In this document: one piece after another, positions 37,097 through 47,479 of the stretch
Position numbering within the stretch: the stretch's first letter is position 1
Layout: every line of letters begins with the position of its first letter
Source of the DNA: a virus
Reading direction: 5' to 3' (one strand)
DNA length: 64,000 nt
IMG/VR virus record: IMGVR_UViG_3300037340_000026
Coordinates: 6,220 to 70,219 of that record
Notes under the pieces: model-generated
What the model saw: the letters and a program-made list of their open reading frames with translations, nothing else
Database searches by the model: none
Told to the model about the DNA's origin: nothing
Made by a program: the position numbers and the translations under genes

Positions 37097-38734
37097 GTGA
37101 GCGCCGCCTTCAACCCCCGCGAGTTCGACCCCCGCTCGGTGGACGCCGAGGCGCAGCTAATTGATTTGGATCGTGCCGATTTCGAAGAGAGTCTGTATCA
37201 GTTTTTGAAGGCGGCGTGGAGGTACATTGACCCAGCGCCGTGGATCGACGGCTGGCACATCGACGCGATCTGCGAGCATCTGCAGGCGGTGGTCGACGGG
37301 AAGATACGGCGGCTGATCATCAACATGCCACCGCGCCACGGCAAGTCAGTTTTGTTGTCGGTCGCGTTTCCCGCGTGGGTCTGGGCGCAACCTCTCGATA
37401 GCCCAACATCAGGGCCTGGCGTGCCGCTACTGTACGCATCCTATGCCGATAAACTATCGTTGCGTGATTCGGTGAAGTGCCGGCGGCTGATTGAGTCGCC
37501 GTTCTATCAGAAATTATGGGGGCACAGATTTCAGTTAGCATCCGATCAGAATACAAAAAGCCGTTTCAGTAACAGCAAAGGCGGCGAACGACTGATCACT
37601 TCAATCGGAGCAGGCGTCACGGGTGAGGGCGGAAATATTATTTGCATAGACGATCCAAACGCTGCCAATGATGTGGCTAGCGAGGCCGTCATGGCCACGA
37701 CTATCGACTGGTGGACGACCGCGATGCCCACACGCGCCAACGATCCTGAGCACGCGGCTTGGGTCATTATTCAGCAGCGCCTTGCCGAGGATGACCTCAC
37801 CGGGCACATTCTCGAGCACGAAGCGGACGGCTGGACGCACCTGTGCCTGCCAGGCAGGTATGAGCCGGAGCGATCGTTTCACACGGTGATCGGTTGGACA
37901 GACCCGCGCACTGAAGCGGGTCAGTTGTTGTGGCCCGAGCGGTTCAACGAAGAATCATTGAAGCGCCTTGAGCGCACGATGGGGCCGTACATCTTCGCCG
38001 GCCAGATTCAGCAGCGCCCCGAGCCGAAGGGCGGCGGAATTATCAAATCTCAATGGTGGATCAAATGGGATCGAGAAGGTTATCCGAAGAATATTGATTT
38101 TGTGCTGGGAGTCGTCGACACGGCCTTTACAGAGTCGGAACTGAATGACCCAAGCGGCATGATGATATGGGCGATTTACTCGGATGACAGACCAGACGCC
38201 CCAACTCAACTTTTGGGTCCCGATGGGCAACCTATGCGGGTAAGCACTACTTATTCGGAGTTCGCGCCGAAGGTCCTGCTAACTTATGCATGGGACGAGC
38301 GCCTAGAGTTGCACGATCTTGTGACGAAGGTTGCGTCGACGTGTATGAAATACAAAGTCGATCTACTGGTGATAGAAAACAAAGCATCCGGTATCAGTGT
38401 TGCTCAGGAAATTCGGAGGCTCTATAGCCGCGAGCGCTTCGGCGTTGAATTGTTCGATCCTAAGAGCCAGGACAAAGCGGCGCGACTCTATAGCGTCCAG
38501 CATCTGTTTGCCGAGGGCATTATTTACGCACCGGATAAGGCGTGGGCCGATCGGGTAATCAAGCAGGTCGGCCAATTTCCAAAAGGTCGCCACGATGAAT
38601 ATGTAGATTTGACGTCTATGGGTTTGCGAAAATTACGAGACATGGGATTGTTGGTTAGAGGCCCAGAGCGCGAGGCCGATATTGAGGAGCAGCGGGCCTT
38701 CAGAGGCAGAGACGAGCCGCTTTATACCTGCTAA
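37097..38734 (+). CDS. terL: terminase large subunit
   Basis: NMPPRHGKS Walker A, TGEGG..ICIDDP Walker B, QQR, QQRP, DTA, IENKASG, FP.G.HD..VD. Confidence 0.92.
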   Translation: MSAAFNPREFDPRSVDAEAQLIDLDRADFEESLYQFLKAAWRYIDPAPWIDGWHIDAICEHLQAVVDGKIRRLIINMPPRHGKSVLLSVAFPAWVWAQPLDSPTSGPGVPLLYASYADKLSLRDSVKCRRLIESPFYQKLWGHRFQLASDQNTKSRFSNSKGGERLITSIGAGVTGEGGNIICIDDPNAANDVASEAVMATTIDWWTTAMPTRANDPEHAAWVIIQQRLAEDDLTGHILEHEADGWTHLCLPGRYEPERSFHTVIGWTDPRTEAGQLLWPERFNEESLKRLERTMGPYIFAGQIQQRPEPKGGGIIKSQWWIKWDREGYPKNIDFVLGVVDTAFTESELNDPSGMMIWAIYSDDRPDAPTQLLGPDGQPMRVSTTYSEFAPKVLLTYAWDERLELHDLVTKVASTCMKYKVDLLVIENKASGISVAQEIRRLYSRERFGVELFDPKSQDKAARLYSVQHLFAEGIIYAPDKAWADRVIKQVGQFPKGRHDEYVDLTSMGLRKLRDMGLLVRGPEREADIEEQRAFRGRDEPLYTC

Positions 38735-38775
38735 AATGAACGGGCCTCGGCAGCGTCATCAGCGCCCCGAGGCCC
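38729..38775 (+). promoter_or_regulatory. extended -10 element plus GC-rich leader hairpin of the HNH gene
   Basis: TG-C-TAAAAT (38729-38737), then GGGCCTCGG...CCGAGGCCC (38742-38775). Confidence 0.45.
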
Positions 38776-38803
38776 TTTGCCCATATACGGAGTCTAAACG
38801 GCT

Positions 38804-39598
38804 ATGGACGGAACAGAGTCTAGCGTTGAGACGCGCAAATGCAAGGCTTGCGGTATCGAGAAACCGTTAACCACGGAAAACTTCACCCTATGCATGCGCT
38901 TAGGTCGAAAGCGCTGGTGGATGACATGCCTTGTCTGCGCAGAAGAAAAACGGCGACCAGCATCTCGTAAATGTTCAGTGTGCGGTGCAGAAAAACCGCT
39001 GACGACTGAGTATTTTAATCTGTGCGGGGCAACTAGATATGGGATCAGGTATTTTGAATATCGCTGCTTGGCTTGCTGGGCCGCTGAGCGAAAGATGTGG
39101 CGCTCCGAAAACAAGGAAGAGTTCCTGGCTAAGAACAACGCCTACGTCGAAGCGAATAGAGAGTCTGTCAATAAATCCAAGAAAGCATATCGCGTTAGGC
39201 ACGCGGAGCGACTGAAGCAGGGCGCTAGACAACGCTACAGCGCGAACAGGGAGACTCTCAGGCCGTACTTTCTGGAAAGGGCTCGCATTTGGAGAGAAAA
39301 TAACAGGGAGCAGTCTAGGCTAAATGCGAAGCGCCAACGCGCCATACGCAAAAAAGCTAAAGTCGAAACCGTCACCAAGGAACAGATTCGGAATCTGTTC
39401 GCTAAGCAGCGCGGTCGCTGCGCCATCTGCCAATGCAAGATCACGATGGATAACAAACACATCGATCACATCCAGCCGCTATCAAAGGGGGGCGTGCACG
39501 CGATCAGGAACCTGCAACTGACCTGCCGACCGTGCAACATGGAGAAGCACGCAGAAGACCCCATTGACTTTATGCAGAAACTAGGGTTTCTGCTCTGA
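38804..39598 (+). CDS. HNH endonuclease with duplicated N-terminal Zn-finger
   Basis: CxxCG.EKPLTTE.F twice; CAIC, HIDHIQPLSKGG.H...NLQLTCRPCN. Confidence 0.85.
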   Translation: MDGTESSVETRKCKACGIEKPLTTENFTLCMRLGRKRWWMTCLVCAEEKRRPASRKCSVCGAEKPLTTEYFNLCGATRYGIRYFEYRCLACWAAERKMWRSENKEEFLAKNNAYVEANRESVNKSKKAYRVRHAERLKQGARQRYSANRETLRPYFLERARIWRENNREQSRLNAKRQRAIRKKAKVETVTKEQIRNLFAKQRGRCAICQCKITMDNKHIDHIQPLSKGGVHAIRNLQLTCRPCNMEKHAEDPIDFMQKLGFLL

Positions 39599-40159
39599 CT
39601 GAGGTAGGATTAGGCTGAGGAGGGCTTTTATGTCCTGGTTCTTCATTGCAATCGCGATCTGGACGACTTACACGGCGCTGAGTGACTGGCGAGGGCGCAA
39701 GCGATGATCTGGCTCTTACTCGCCTTTGCCGTACTGATCGCGGGCGGATCGCATCGATGATCGTAACGCCGCAGAGCGTGACGCCGAGATGCACCGCCGT
39801 GGTCGATCTGCTCTCGCGCGTCTTCCGACCGTACAATTTCCTGGTGACCGTTCGCGGCGAGCCCCCCCATGCAGTCGTAAGGCGGTACAAGATCGCGGCG
39901 CCCACGGATGACGAGGCGGCAACTTGTGGGATGCAGTTATTTGTCAAGGAGTTCATGCCGAAGTTGGTGGCTGACGACATGGCGCCGCTAGCGCCTAGGG
40001 CGGTGTTGCAGTGAGCCCAAGCATCGGGCCAAAACGCTTCAGTCGCCAGTTGCAGCGGATGCTGATCAAGTCGTATTGGGATCGCGGTATCAGGCCGGCC
40101 GCGCGGCAGTACCGTGCTGAGCTGCCGGCTATGGTCGCCGCGTTCAAGGCCAGCGCCCC

Positions 40160-42538
40160 ATGCCCGGCCTAGCCCCCAACACCGCCCTGCGCCTAGTCCC
40201 GTCCCCCGAGCCGGGGCTGCCGCCCCCTGCTGACGTCCAGGTTGAGATCGCGAACACCGACGATGCCCCGGTCATTGATGAAAAAAACAACATCGTCCGT
40301 ATCGAGCACGGTGACGGCTCGATCACTGTCTCGCTCGACGGCAAACCGCTGGGTAGCGCGGCAGAGCCAGAGAAGCCGGTCGAATGGTTCGACAATCTCG
40401 CCGACCGCATCGACAAGGACGAACTATCCCGCATCACCGAAGATCTGCTGCGCGGTATCGCCGATGATCTGATCTCCCGTCAGGAATGGATCGATGACCG
40501 GGCAATGGGCATCAAACTTCTAGGACTTAAGATCGAACTGCCGAACGTCCAGGGCGCTTCAGATGGCGCGCCCGTGGAGGGTATGAGCAAGGTTCGACAC
40601 CCGCTGTTGCTCGAGGCAGTCGTGAGATTCAACGCCAACGCCCGCAGCGAGTTCCTGCCGACAGATGGGCCGGTCAAGATCAGGAACGACTCGACCTCGC
40701 CTGACGTGCAAAGTGATCAATTGGCGAATGCGCTCGAGAAGGATTTTAATCACTACCTCACGGCGGTGGCGACCGAGTATTACCCTGACATGGACCGCAT
40801 GTTGCTGATGGCAGGCTTCAGTGGCGACGGCTTCAAGAAAGTCTACAAGTGCCCGCTGAGGAATCGCCCGGTCTCAGAATCCGTCGACGCTGATGACCTG
40901 ATCGTCAACCAATCGGCCACCGATCTGGCCAACGCTCAGCGCGTCACGCACAAATCGATGATGAAGCCCTCGACCGTCAAGCGCATGCAGATTCTGGGCG
41001 TCTATCGCGACATCACGCTCTCCGATGCTGTGATGCCGCAGACCGATGCGTTGCAGGAAGAAGTGCGAGCGCAGCAGGGCATCGCTGTGGACTCGATGCA
41101 GCGCCCTGAGGATCGCGAGCGGGAGATCTACGAGACCTATTGCGAACTCGACATCAAGGGCTTCGAGCACCAGCACAAGCGCAAAGATAGCGGTCTCGCA
41201 GTACCCTACGTGGTGACGATGGACAAATCCTCGCGCGAGGTGCTGTCAGTCGTGCGCAACTACGGTGAGGACGACGCGCCACTGCCGATCGCCCGCAAGC
41301 GATTCGTCAAATACCCGTTCATTCCAGGCTTGGGCTTCTATGACATCGGACTGCTGCACGTACTCGGAAACACCACGAACGCTGTCACTGCCGCATGGCG
41401 CGAGATGCTTGACTGCGGCATGTTCGCAAACTTCCCCGGCTTCCTGATGGCCGACGGCGGGGGGAGGCAAAACACCAACATATTCCGCGTGCCACCTGGA
41501 GGCGGCGCGCCGATCAAGACCAACGGCCAGCCGATCCGCGATGCCGTGATGCCGCTGCCGTACTCGACACAGGGCATGGCGGCCCTGATGCAGCTCGTTG
41601 AGAACATGGCCGAGACCGGTCGGCGCATCGGCGGCACGGCCGAGGTCCAGGTCGGCGAGGGGCGTGCTGACGTGCCGGTGGGCACCGTCATGGCGATGAT
41701 CGATCAGGCCATCAAGGTTATGAACGCCGTGCACAAGAGGATGCACTCAGCGCAGGCAGAGGAATTCCAACTGCTCAAACAGTTGTTCCGCGAGAACCCG
41801 GAGACGTTTTACCAGCACAAGTGCAAGTCGAAGACGCAGTGGGACAAGCAGAAATTCCTGATGGCGCTGAACAATTGCGATTTGGTACCGCAGGCGGACC
41901 CGAATACCTCATCGGCCGGTCAGCGAATGCTGAAAATCATGGGGTTGATGCAGCTTCAGGGGCAGGCGCCCACGCTGTACGACCCGATCAAGATACACAC
42001 CGCAGCGCTCGCGGCGATGGGTTGGGCGAATCCGGAGGAGTTCTTCGTGCCCCCGCAGGCGCGTGCGCAACCGCCGCCGCAATTGCTGGAGATGCAGGGG
42101 CAGATGGAAAACGAGAAGAAGGCGGCCGACGCCAAGACGGCCGAGGCTCAGGCTCGCACTACGGAAGCGAACGCGAGGGCTCAGGAAGCACAGGCCAAGG
42201 TGGACACAGGGCACTTCGCGCCCAAGCAGGAAGGCGGCGTGGCAGGGGCTGCGCAGCCGGAGGAATCGGTGCTCGACATCGCGACGGCGCAGAGCAAAAT
42301 ATTAGACGCGCATACACGGGAACGTGAAGTAGCAATCAAAGCACGCACAGCCGCTGTTGAGGATCAGAATCGCGACGAGGACCGGCGTGCACGCGAGCGC
42401 GATGCGAGGATCGGACTGGCCAAGGCCGTGATCTCGGCGCCCGCTGCGGGTGAGTCGGGTAAGCAGGTGGGCGTGGGCGGCGTTGGTAAGAAGACGCTTG
42501 GGATAATTAAAGACGTGGATCGGGGGATAGGGACGTGA
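40160..42538 (+). CDS. portal protein
   Basis: 792 aa after TerL; HPLL.EAVVRF, P.DGPVK, G.GFKKVY, PGLGFY.IG, PVGT..A; coiled C-terminus. Confidence 0.88.
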   Translation: MPGLAPNTALRLVPSPEPGLPPPADVQVEIANTDDAPVIDEKNNIVRIEHGDGSITVSLDGKPLGSAAEPEKPVEWFDNLADRIDKDELSRITEDLLRGIADDLISRQEWIDDRAMGIKLLGLKIELPNVQGASDGAPVEGMSKVRHPLLLEAVVRFNANARSEFLPTDGPVKIRNDSTSPDVQSDQLANALEKDFNHYLTAVATEYYPDMDRMLLMAGFSGDGFKKVYKCPLRNRPVSESVDADDLIVNQSATDLANAQRVTHKSMMKPSTVKRMQILGVYRDITLSDAVMPQTDALQEEVRAQQGIAVDSMQRPEDREREIYETYCELDIKGFEHQHKRKDSGLAVPYVVTMDKSSREVLSVVRNYGEDDAPLPIARKRFVKYPFIPGLGFYDIGLLHVLGNTTNAVTAAWREMLDCGMFANFPGFLMADGGGRQNTNIFRVPPGGGAPIKTNGQPIRDAVMPLPYSTQGMAALMQLVENMAETGRRIGGTAEVQVGEGRADVPVGTVMAMIDQAIKVMNAVHKRMHSAQAEEFQLLKQLFRENPETFYQHKCKSKTQWDKQKFLMALNNCDLVPQADPNTSSAGQRMLKIMGLMQLQGQAPTLYDPIKIHTAALAAMGWANPEEFFVPPQARAQPPPQLLEMQGQMENEKKAADAKTAEAQARTTEANARAQEAQAKVDTGHFAPKQEGGVAGAAQPEESVLDIATAQSKILDAHTREREVAIKARTAAVEDQNRDEDRRARERDARIGLAKAVISAPAAGESGKQVGVGGVGKKTLGIIKDVDRGIGT

Positions 42539-42893
42539 GAGTACGCGTTGTCAGCAGAACCCTTGGCGATCCGCCCCGCGGTTTCCTAGTTGTCCAGAAG
42601 TGGATCCGTACCGCGCCATCGCTCGATGATGCGTGGCAAGACGTGTTGAACTTTCAGGCGCACGAATATGCCGAGGCGTGCGAGTTTGCTATGAACCTAA
42701 GCCGGAGCAAGGAATCGGCAACTCAGGCGGCTGTCTTCGAGGATGGCGCTGAGGTGAAGCCTGGGCTAAAGGGCTGCGACCCAAACTCCGTCCGGGCGCA
42801 GCAAGATTGCTCAAACGCCGTCGCAGGCGTAAATTCGGTGCAACCGTCACCGTTTTCCAGCGCGGAGAGACCTATGACAACCGGCCCAGACGC

Positions 42894-43874
42894 ATGAGCA
42901 AACTGTCCGAAGAAGCCCGCGCCGCGGCAAAATCCAAAGCCGAGCGGCTAGTGCGTTCGGATCCTCGCGAACGCTGCGATGCGTCGGGGTACTCCCCAGA
43001 CGGCGCCATGGACGCCAACATCCAAACCGGCGAGCGCCCGATATCCCGCCGCCAGTTCCGGACAGGCGGGAAGGTTGCAGGCGAGGCAGTCGGCGCCCGA
43101 GCCGACCGCAAACCCCGCGCGAACGGCGGCCGCACCCTGACCGCCGATTCGCTCATAAACCGAGACGTGCGAACTGCCAACGAGGAACGGCCTGGAATCA
43201 AGCACGTCGGCGGCATGAAGACCGGCGGCCGCGCCCACAAAACAATGGGCGGCTTGGCACTGCCGAACTGGGCCGATGCTGTGGCGCGCAAGTCCGGGGG
43301 ACGGACTGGGAAACTGATGGGCGGCGCAATGAGTCCGCAGGCGCGTATCGGATTACAGCAGCCACCACAGGCTGCGGGAGCGCCCCCCATGTCGCGTGGC
43401 GCAATGGCGCGCCCCATGATGCGCAAGGACGGCGGCAAGGTTCATGCCGCGGGCTGTGAGTGCGCTAAGTGCGGCGGTGGCCGCGTCGGCAAGAAAGCCG
43501 GTGGCGCGATCAACGACGGCACGCGTCCCGTCGCCGGGCGCCTCGCGCGCAAGGGCGGCGGACGCACGAAGAAAGGCACGAACGTCAATATCATCATCAC
43601 TCAGCCGGCGCAGAAGCCGCCGATGCCGATGCCCCCGATGGGCGGCCCGCCTCCGGTTGGAATGGGGCAGGGAATGCCTCCGGGGGGCGCCCCCGGAATG
43701 CCGCCGCAGGGAGCACCGCCGGGCATACCGCCAGCGCAGCCCATGATGCCGCGGGCGAGTGGTGGGCGCGCCAACGATGGCAAGCTCGCGAAGCCACGCG
43801 CGTATCCGATCGATGCAGGCGCTGGCGGAGGACTAGGGCGACTGGAGAAGGCCGAACGCGCGGCGCGCGGATAA
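42894..43874 (+). CDS. basic Gly/Arg/Lys/Pro-rich low-complexity protein (probable internal head protein)
   Basis: About 10 x-x-x-GG motifs and a Pro/Met tract; between portal and GroES. Confidence 0.6.
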   Translation: MSKLSEEARAAAKSKAERLVRSDPRERCDASGYSPDGAMDANIQTGERPISRRQFRTGGKVAGEAVGARADRKPRANGGRTLTADSLINRDVRTANEERPGIKHVGGMKTGGRAHKTMGGLALPNWADAVARKSGGRTGKLMGGAMSPQARIGLQQPPQAAGAPPMSRGAMARPMMRKDGGKVHAAGCECAKCGGGRVGKKAGGAINDGTRPVAGRLARKGGGRTKKGTNVNIIITQPAQKPPMPMPPMGGPPPVGMGQGMPPGGAPGMPPQGAPPGIPPAQPMMPRASGGRANDGKLAKPRAYPIDAGAGGGLGRLEKAERAARG

Positions 43875-44062
43875 TGCGTTTCGAGGTCGAACTCAAGAAG
43901 CTAATCGAAGCCGATCTCGTGCGATTGCATGAAGAACTCGGCCTCGGATTAGCCGTGAAAGATTACGGTCAATACCGAGAATACGTCGGAAGAATCTCGG
44001 CTTTAAATAAAGTCTCTGGCGAGTTCTTCAGCGAAGTTGAAACCAAAGTAAACAAGGACTAA
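43874..44062 (+). CDS. small conserved protein upstream of GroES
   Basis: TAATG coupling; DYGQYREYVGRI.AL. Confidence 0.6.
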   Translation: MRFEVELKKLIEADLVRLHEELGLGLAVKDYGQYREYVGRISALNKVSGEFFSEVETKVNKD

Positions 44063-44065
44063 CGC

Positions 44066-44500
44066 ATGCCGGTCACGGCCATCAAACAGGCGGAATTCGA
44101 CCCGAAGCGGGAAATTATCGACAAGCTGGGCGATATTTCGCAGGTTGAGATTGCTCAGAACGAAGTTCTACTTGCAATTTATATGCGCCCGGAGAAATCC
44201 GCTGGCGGAATCATCCTCACCGACAACAATCGGAAGGAAGATCGCTATCAGGGTAAGGTCGGATTGGTCGTGAAGATCGGCGGCGCGTGTCGATTCAAGC
44301 GCGTTGATGCGAAAACCGGCATCGAGTACGGGCTGGACATTCAATTGCACGATTGGGTGGTCGTCCGGCAGTCCGATACCTGGACGCTTGATATTAACGC
44401 TGACCAAAAGGCGCTCAAACTTGAAGATTTCGTCGCATGCCGACTGGTGTACGACGATCAAATTCGCATGCGAGTTCCTTCGCCAGGGATGGTCTGGTGA
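44066..44500 (+). CDS. groES: co-chaperonin GroES-like protein
   Basis: PEKSAGGIILTD, G.VVKIG, DWVV, DDQI. Confidence 0.8.
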   Translation: MPVTAIKQAEFDPKREIIDKLGDISQVEIAQNEVLLAIYMRPEKSAGGIILTDNNRKEDRYQGKVGLVVKIGGACRFKRVDAKTGIEYGLDIQLHDWVVVRQSDTWTLDINADQKALKLEDFVACRLVYDDQIRMRVPSPGMVW

Positions 44501-45459
44501 TGGCCACTGAAAACGACGAAGTCACCCTCGACATCGACGCTCTCGACGCTGCAAAGGCCAAGAAAGAGGCCGACAGGGGTAAACCAGCCGATTCCGAGCC
44601 CGAAGTCGTCGTCGATGCTGAATTGGCGCCAAAAACTGACGACAAAACGGTCCTCACACCAGAAGACGGCCTTGATAAGCTGAAGAAACAGCTCGAAGCC
44701 GAGCGCAGCGGGCGCATTGCGGCGGAAGCACGCGCTAACGAGTCCGCTAACGCTGAGGCTGCGGCCCGCGGTGATGTCCAGAAGAGCCACCTGGAGCAAA
44801 TTCAGGGCGCGATTGAGAACGCGAACAAAACCAAGGGCATTCTGAAGGCAAAATATGCCGAAGCGGCCGCCATTGGCGATTGGGGCGCCGCTGCCGAAGT
44901 CCAAAGCGAGATGGCCGACAACGCCGCCGATATTCGGCAGCTAAAGACCGGCGAAACCGCGCTCAAAAACGCGCCGAAGCCGATGCCGCGCGCGCCAGTT
45001 GACCCCGTGGAGGCGTTTTGCAAGCAACTCTCGGGGCCATCCGCCACATGGGTGCGCGCGCATCCGGAATTCGTGACGGATCCGCACAAGCAGCGGCAAA
45101 TGTTGGCTGCGCACGAACTCGCCATCGCGCGTGGCAACACGGCGGATACCGATCCGTACTTCAAGTCGATCGAGAAAACCCTCGATCTGACGGCGCCCGC
45201 AGCACTCGTGCCCCCGCACGTCGACGACCCGGAACCCATGGTCGACACCGCTGCCAAAGCCACCGGCGGCCGCAGCGCCGCGCCAGCCGCAGCCCCAGTC
45301 AGTCGCAGCGGCAATGGCGCTGGCGGTCGGCCTGGTGTCGTGAAACTCGGCCCGCAGCAGCGCGAGATGGCAAGAAATCTGTTCCCGGATTCCAAGGATC
45401 CGGATCTGGAATACGCGAAGAATATGACGCCTGAGGAAAGAAAGAGAGGTCCCGTATGA
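44500..45459 (+). CDS. probable capsid scaffolding protein
   Basis: Acidic N-terminus, long coiled coil, C-terminal helix-turn-helix ending EYAK; head module. Confidence 0.6.
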   Translation: MATENDEVTLDIDALDAAKAKKEADRGKPADSEPEVVVDAELAPKTDDKTVLTPEDGLDKLKKQLEAERSGRIAAEARANESANAEAAARGDVQKSHLEQIQGAIENANKTKGILKAKYAEAAAIGDWGAAAEVQSEMADNAADIRQLKTGETALKNAPKPMPRAPVDPVEAFCKQLSGPSATWVRAHPEFVTDPHKQRQMLAAHELAIARGNTADTDPYFKSIEKTLDLTAPAALVPPHVDDPEPMVDTAAKATGGRSAAPAAAPVSRSGNGAGGRPGVVKLGPQQREMARNLFPDSKDPDLEYAKNMTPEERKRGPV

Positions 45460-46049
45460 GCACCGAAAACCCCGTTCCCCAGCGTCGTCCCGGTCCGCAT
45501 GCGCCGCTGCCTACTGCGGGCGCCCCCGCCGAAGTAGCCGCCGCGAGTCCTGCGCCTCACCCTGACGCCCCAGTCACGGCCCGCGAGGAAGACCCGCGCG
45601 CCCGAGCCGCCCGTCGCGCGCTCGAGCTGCGCGAGCATGGGTCACTCGAGGAGGGCACTGACAAGTTCTACATCGACCCGCGCGTCATTCCAGACGGCTG
45701 GTCGTACGAATGGAGAACGCTGACGGTCCTCGGTAAGGAAGATCCGTCATACGCAGTCAACTTAGCGCGCAAGGGCTGGGAAGCGGTTCCCCGCGCGCGT
45801 CACCCGGAGATGATGCCTGAGAACTATCCCGGAAACACCATCGTGCGCGATGGGCAAATGCTGATGGAGCGTCCGAAGGAAATTACCGACGAGGCCAAGG
45901 CAAAGGACTATCGCAACGCGCGCGAACAGGTACGGGCCAAAGAAACGCAGCTAGGCGCGGCACCGGTCGGTCAGTTCGAACGCGACAACAAGGGCGCGCC
46001 GATGGCTGCCGTGAAGAAGAGTTACGAGTCAATACCGATCCCGGAATGA
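45456..46049 (+). CDS. conserved head-module protein
   Basis: IPDGWSYEW...GWEAVP...HPE...LMERP. Confidence 0.65.
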   Translation: MSTENPVPQRRPGPHAPLPTAGAPAEVAAASPAPHPDAPVTAREEDPRARAARRALELREHGSLEEGTDKFYIDPRVIPDGWSYEWRTLTVLGKEDPSYAVNLARKGWEAVPRARHPEMMPENYPGNTIVRDGQMLMERPKEITDEAKAKDYRNAREQVRAKETQLGAAPVGQFERDNKGAPMAAVKKSYESIPIPE

Positions 46050-46225
46050 GCCATGATCAAACCAACGATCACCGTGAGACCATGAGAGAAATTCTCTCTT
46101 ACGCCGCTGGTGGACTCGTAGCTATGGGGATCTACCTCGGCTATTGGTGGTGGCGCAATTATTTTGGCAAACCATCATATTGGGATTGAGAAGGTTAGTC
46201 AGGAACTAATGGAGCACTCCAGAAC

Positions 46226-46663
46226 ATGAACGCACTCGCTGCTAAAAATACGCGCGGCCTTCCAAATCTGCTGACTCCTGAGATGCAGACGCAGTGGATG
46301 CTGGAATTCCTCAATCCGAAAGGAATCACGTGGGAATTCGGCCCTCCGGCACGATTCGATCAATTCGGCAACGAATATGTAGAACTGCTGTTGTGCGGTC
46401 CAGTGCCATCCCGCTTGAACCTTAGCGAGTGTCTAGTGACGTTTGCGCGCAGTCCTGAAGGCGCGCTGCGAGAATACGAACGCGTATTGCTCAATTTCTT
46501 GGGGGGCAGCCGCCATATTGTCTGGCGGATAGAGCCGGAAGTTCATCAAGAAGGGAGCCGCCAGCGCGATCTGTACTACGTGTATTCGCGCTTATCGGCC
46601 TACCCAGAAAAGGCTACACAAAGGTCCCCAGTCCTACTTGAGTCTGTCACAGGCTCGGCGTAG
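46226..46663 (+). CDS. hypothetical protein
   Basis: GGAG SD; 145 aa ORF. Confidence 0.45.
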   Translation: MNALAAKNTRGLPNLLTPEMQTQWMLEFLNPKGITWEFGPPARFDQFGNEYVELLLCGPVPSRLNLSECLVTFARSPEGALREYERVLLNFLGGSRHIVWRIEPEVHQEGSRQRDLYYVYSRLSAYPEKATQRSPVLLESVTGSA

Positions 46664-46706
46664 GCTTCGCGTCGGAGCGTCTTCCCAACTATTTAAGGAA
46701 ATTCCC

Positions 46707-47081
46707 ATGTCAGCTAATCTCGTCTCCGTTATCGTCGCTATCGCCAAAGGCGCCAGCGTCAACAGCCCAACTGGTGCGGCCTTCGCCTCGACCAGTGTTG
46801 TCGTTACCGATTCCAGCGGCACGCCGCAGCCGGCCGTGCTTCTGACCGGCGCCGAAACCCCTACCCCCTGGGCATTCTCGACCAGCGTCAATGTCGGAGC
46901 TGGCGCAGCAGTGGCCACCGATCTTGATGCCAACGGCGCAACGCTCGGTACGCCGGTGTCTCAGTCGTTCACCGAAGCCGGCTCGCCGCCGACCTTCCTG
47001 CCGACCACGGGAATTTCCGTAACGCCAGTCACGGCATCGGTCGCCGCGTCGGCTTCTCTCAAGAGCGCCCTCAAGCGCTAA
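46707..47081 (+). CDS. beta-rich hypothetical protein
   Basis: TAAGGA SD; Thr/Ser/Val-rich. Confidence 0.55.
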   Translation: MSANLVSVIVAIAKGASVNSPTGAAFASTSVVVTDSSGTPQPAVLLTGAETPTPWAFSTSVNVGAGAAVATDLDANGATLGTPVSQSFTEAGSPPTFLPTTGISVTPVTASVAASASLKSALKR

Positions 47082-47316
47082 GCCGCGCGCCATGACCCGG
47101 CAGACATGGGAAGAGGAACTCGATTCTCGCCGTTTGGCGCGGATCGAGTGTCTTCTTGAAGAAATCCGGAATCGACTGCCCCCACCTCCTCAATACAAGC
47201 CGACGACGGCGATTGTCGTTGTCGTCGATCAGGCAGTTCCATCAATTCAACGAACAGATTTCCGGTCCTTACCGGAAAACACCGACGCGCAATTCCCCCG
47301 CGCGCGGTAAACCTGA

Positions 47317-47341
47317 AGCCCGGTTCGCCGGGCTTTTTTAT
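47317..47341 (+). terminator. intrinsic terminator
   Basis: AAGCCCGG-TTCG-CCGGGCTT followed by a T run. Confidence 0.8.
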
Positions 47342-47348
47342 GTCCCGC

Positions 47349-47378
47349 TTGACATTCGACGCGTCTCGTATAAATAAT
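47349..47378 (+). promoter_or_regulatory. promoter for capsid operon
   Basis: TTGACA then TATAAATAAT in the -10 region, directly after the terminator; exact -10 register ambiguous. Confidence 0.55.
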
Positions 47379-47479
47379 CCGCGCCTACGGACTGCCCGGC
47401 GCAGTTCTTGATTACAAAAGTTTTCGGTCCTCCATAGTCTCGGCGACCATGCGACCCCTGATCATCAGGAGTCCTTCGC

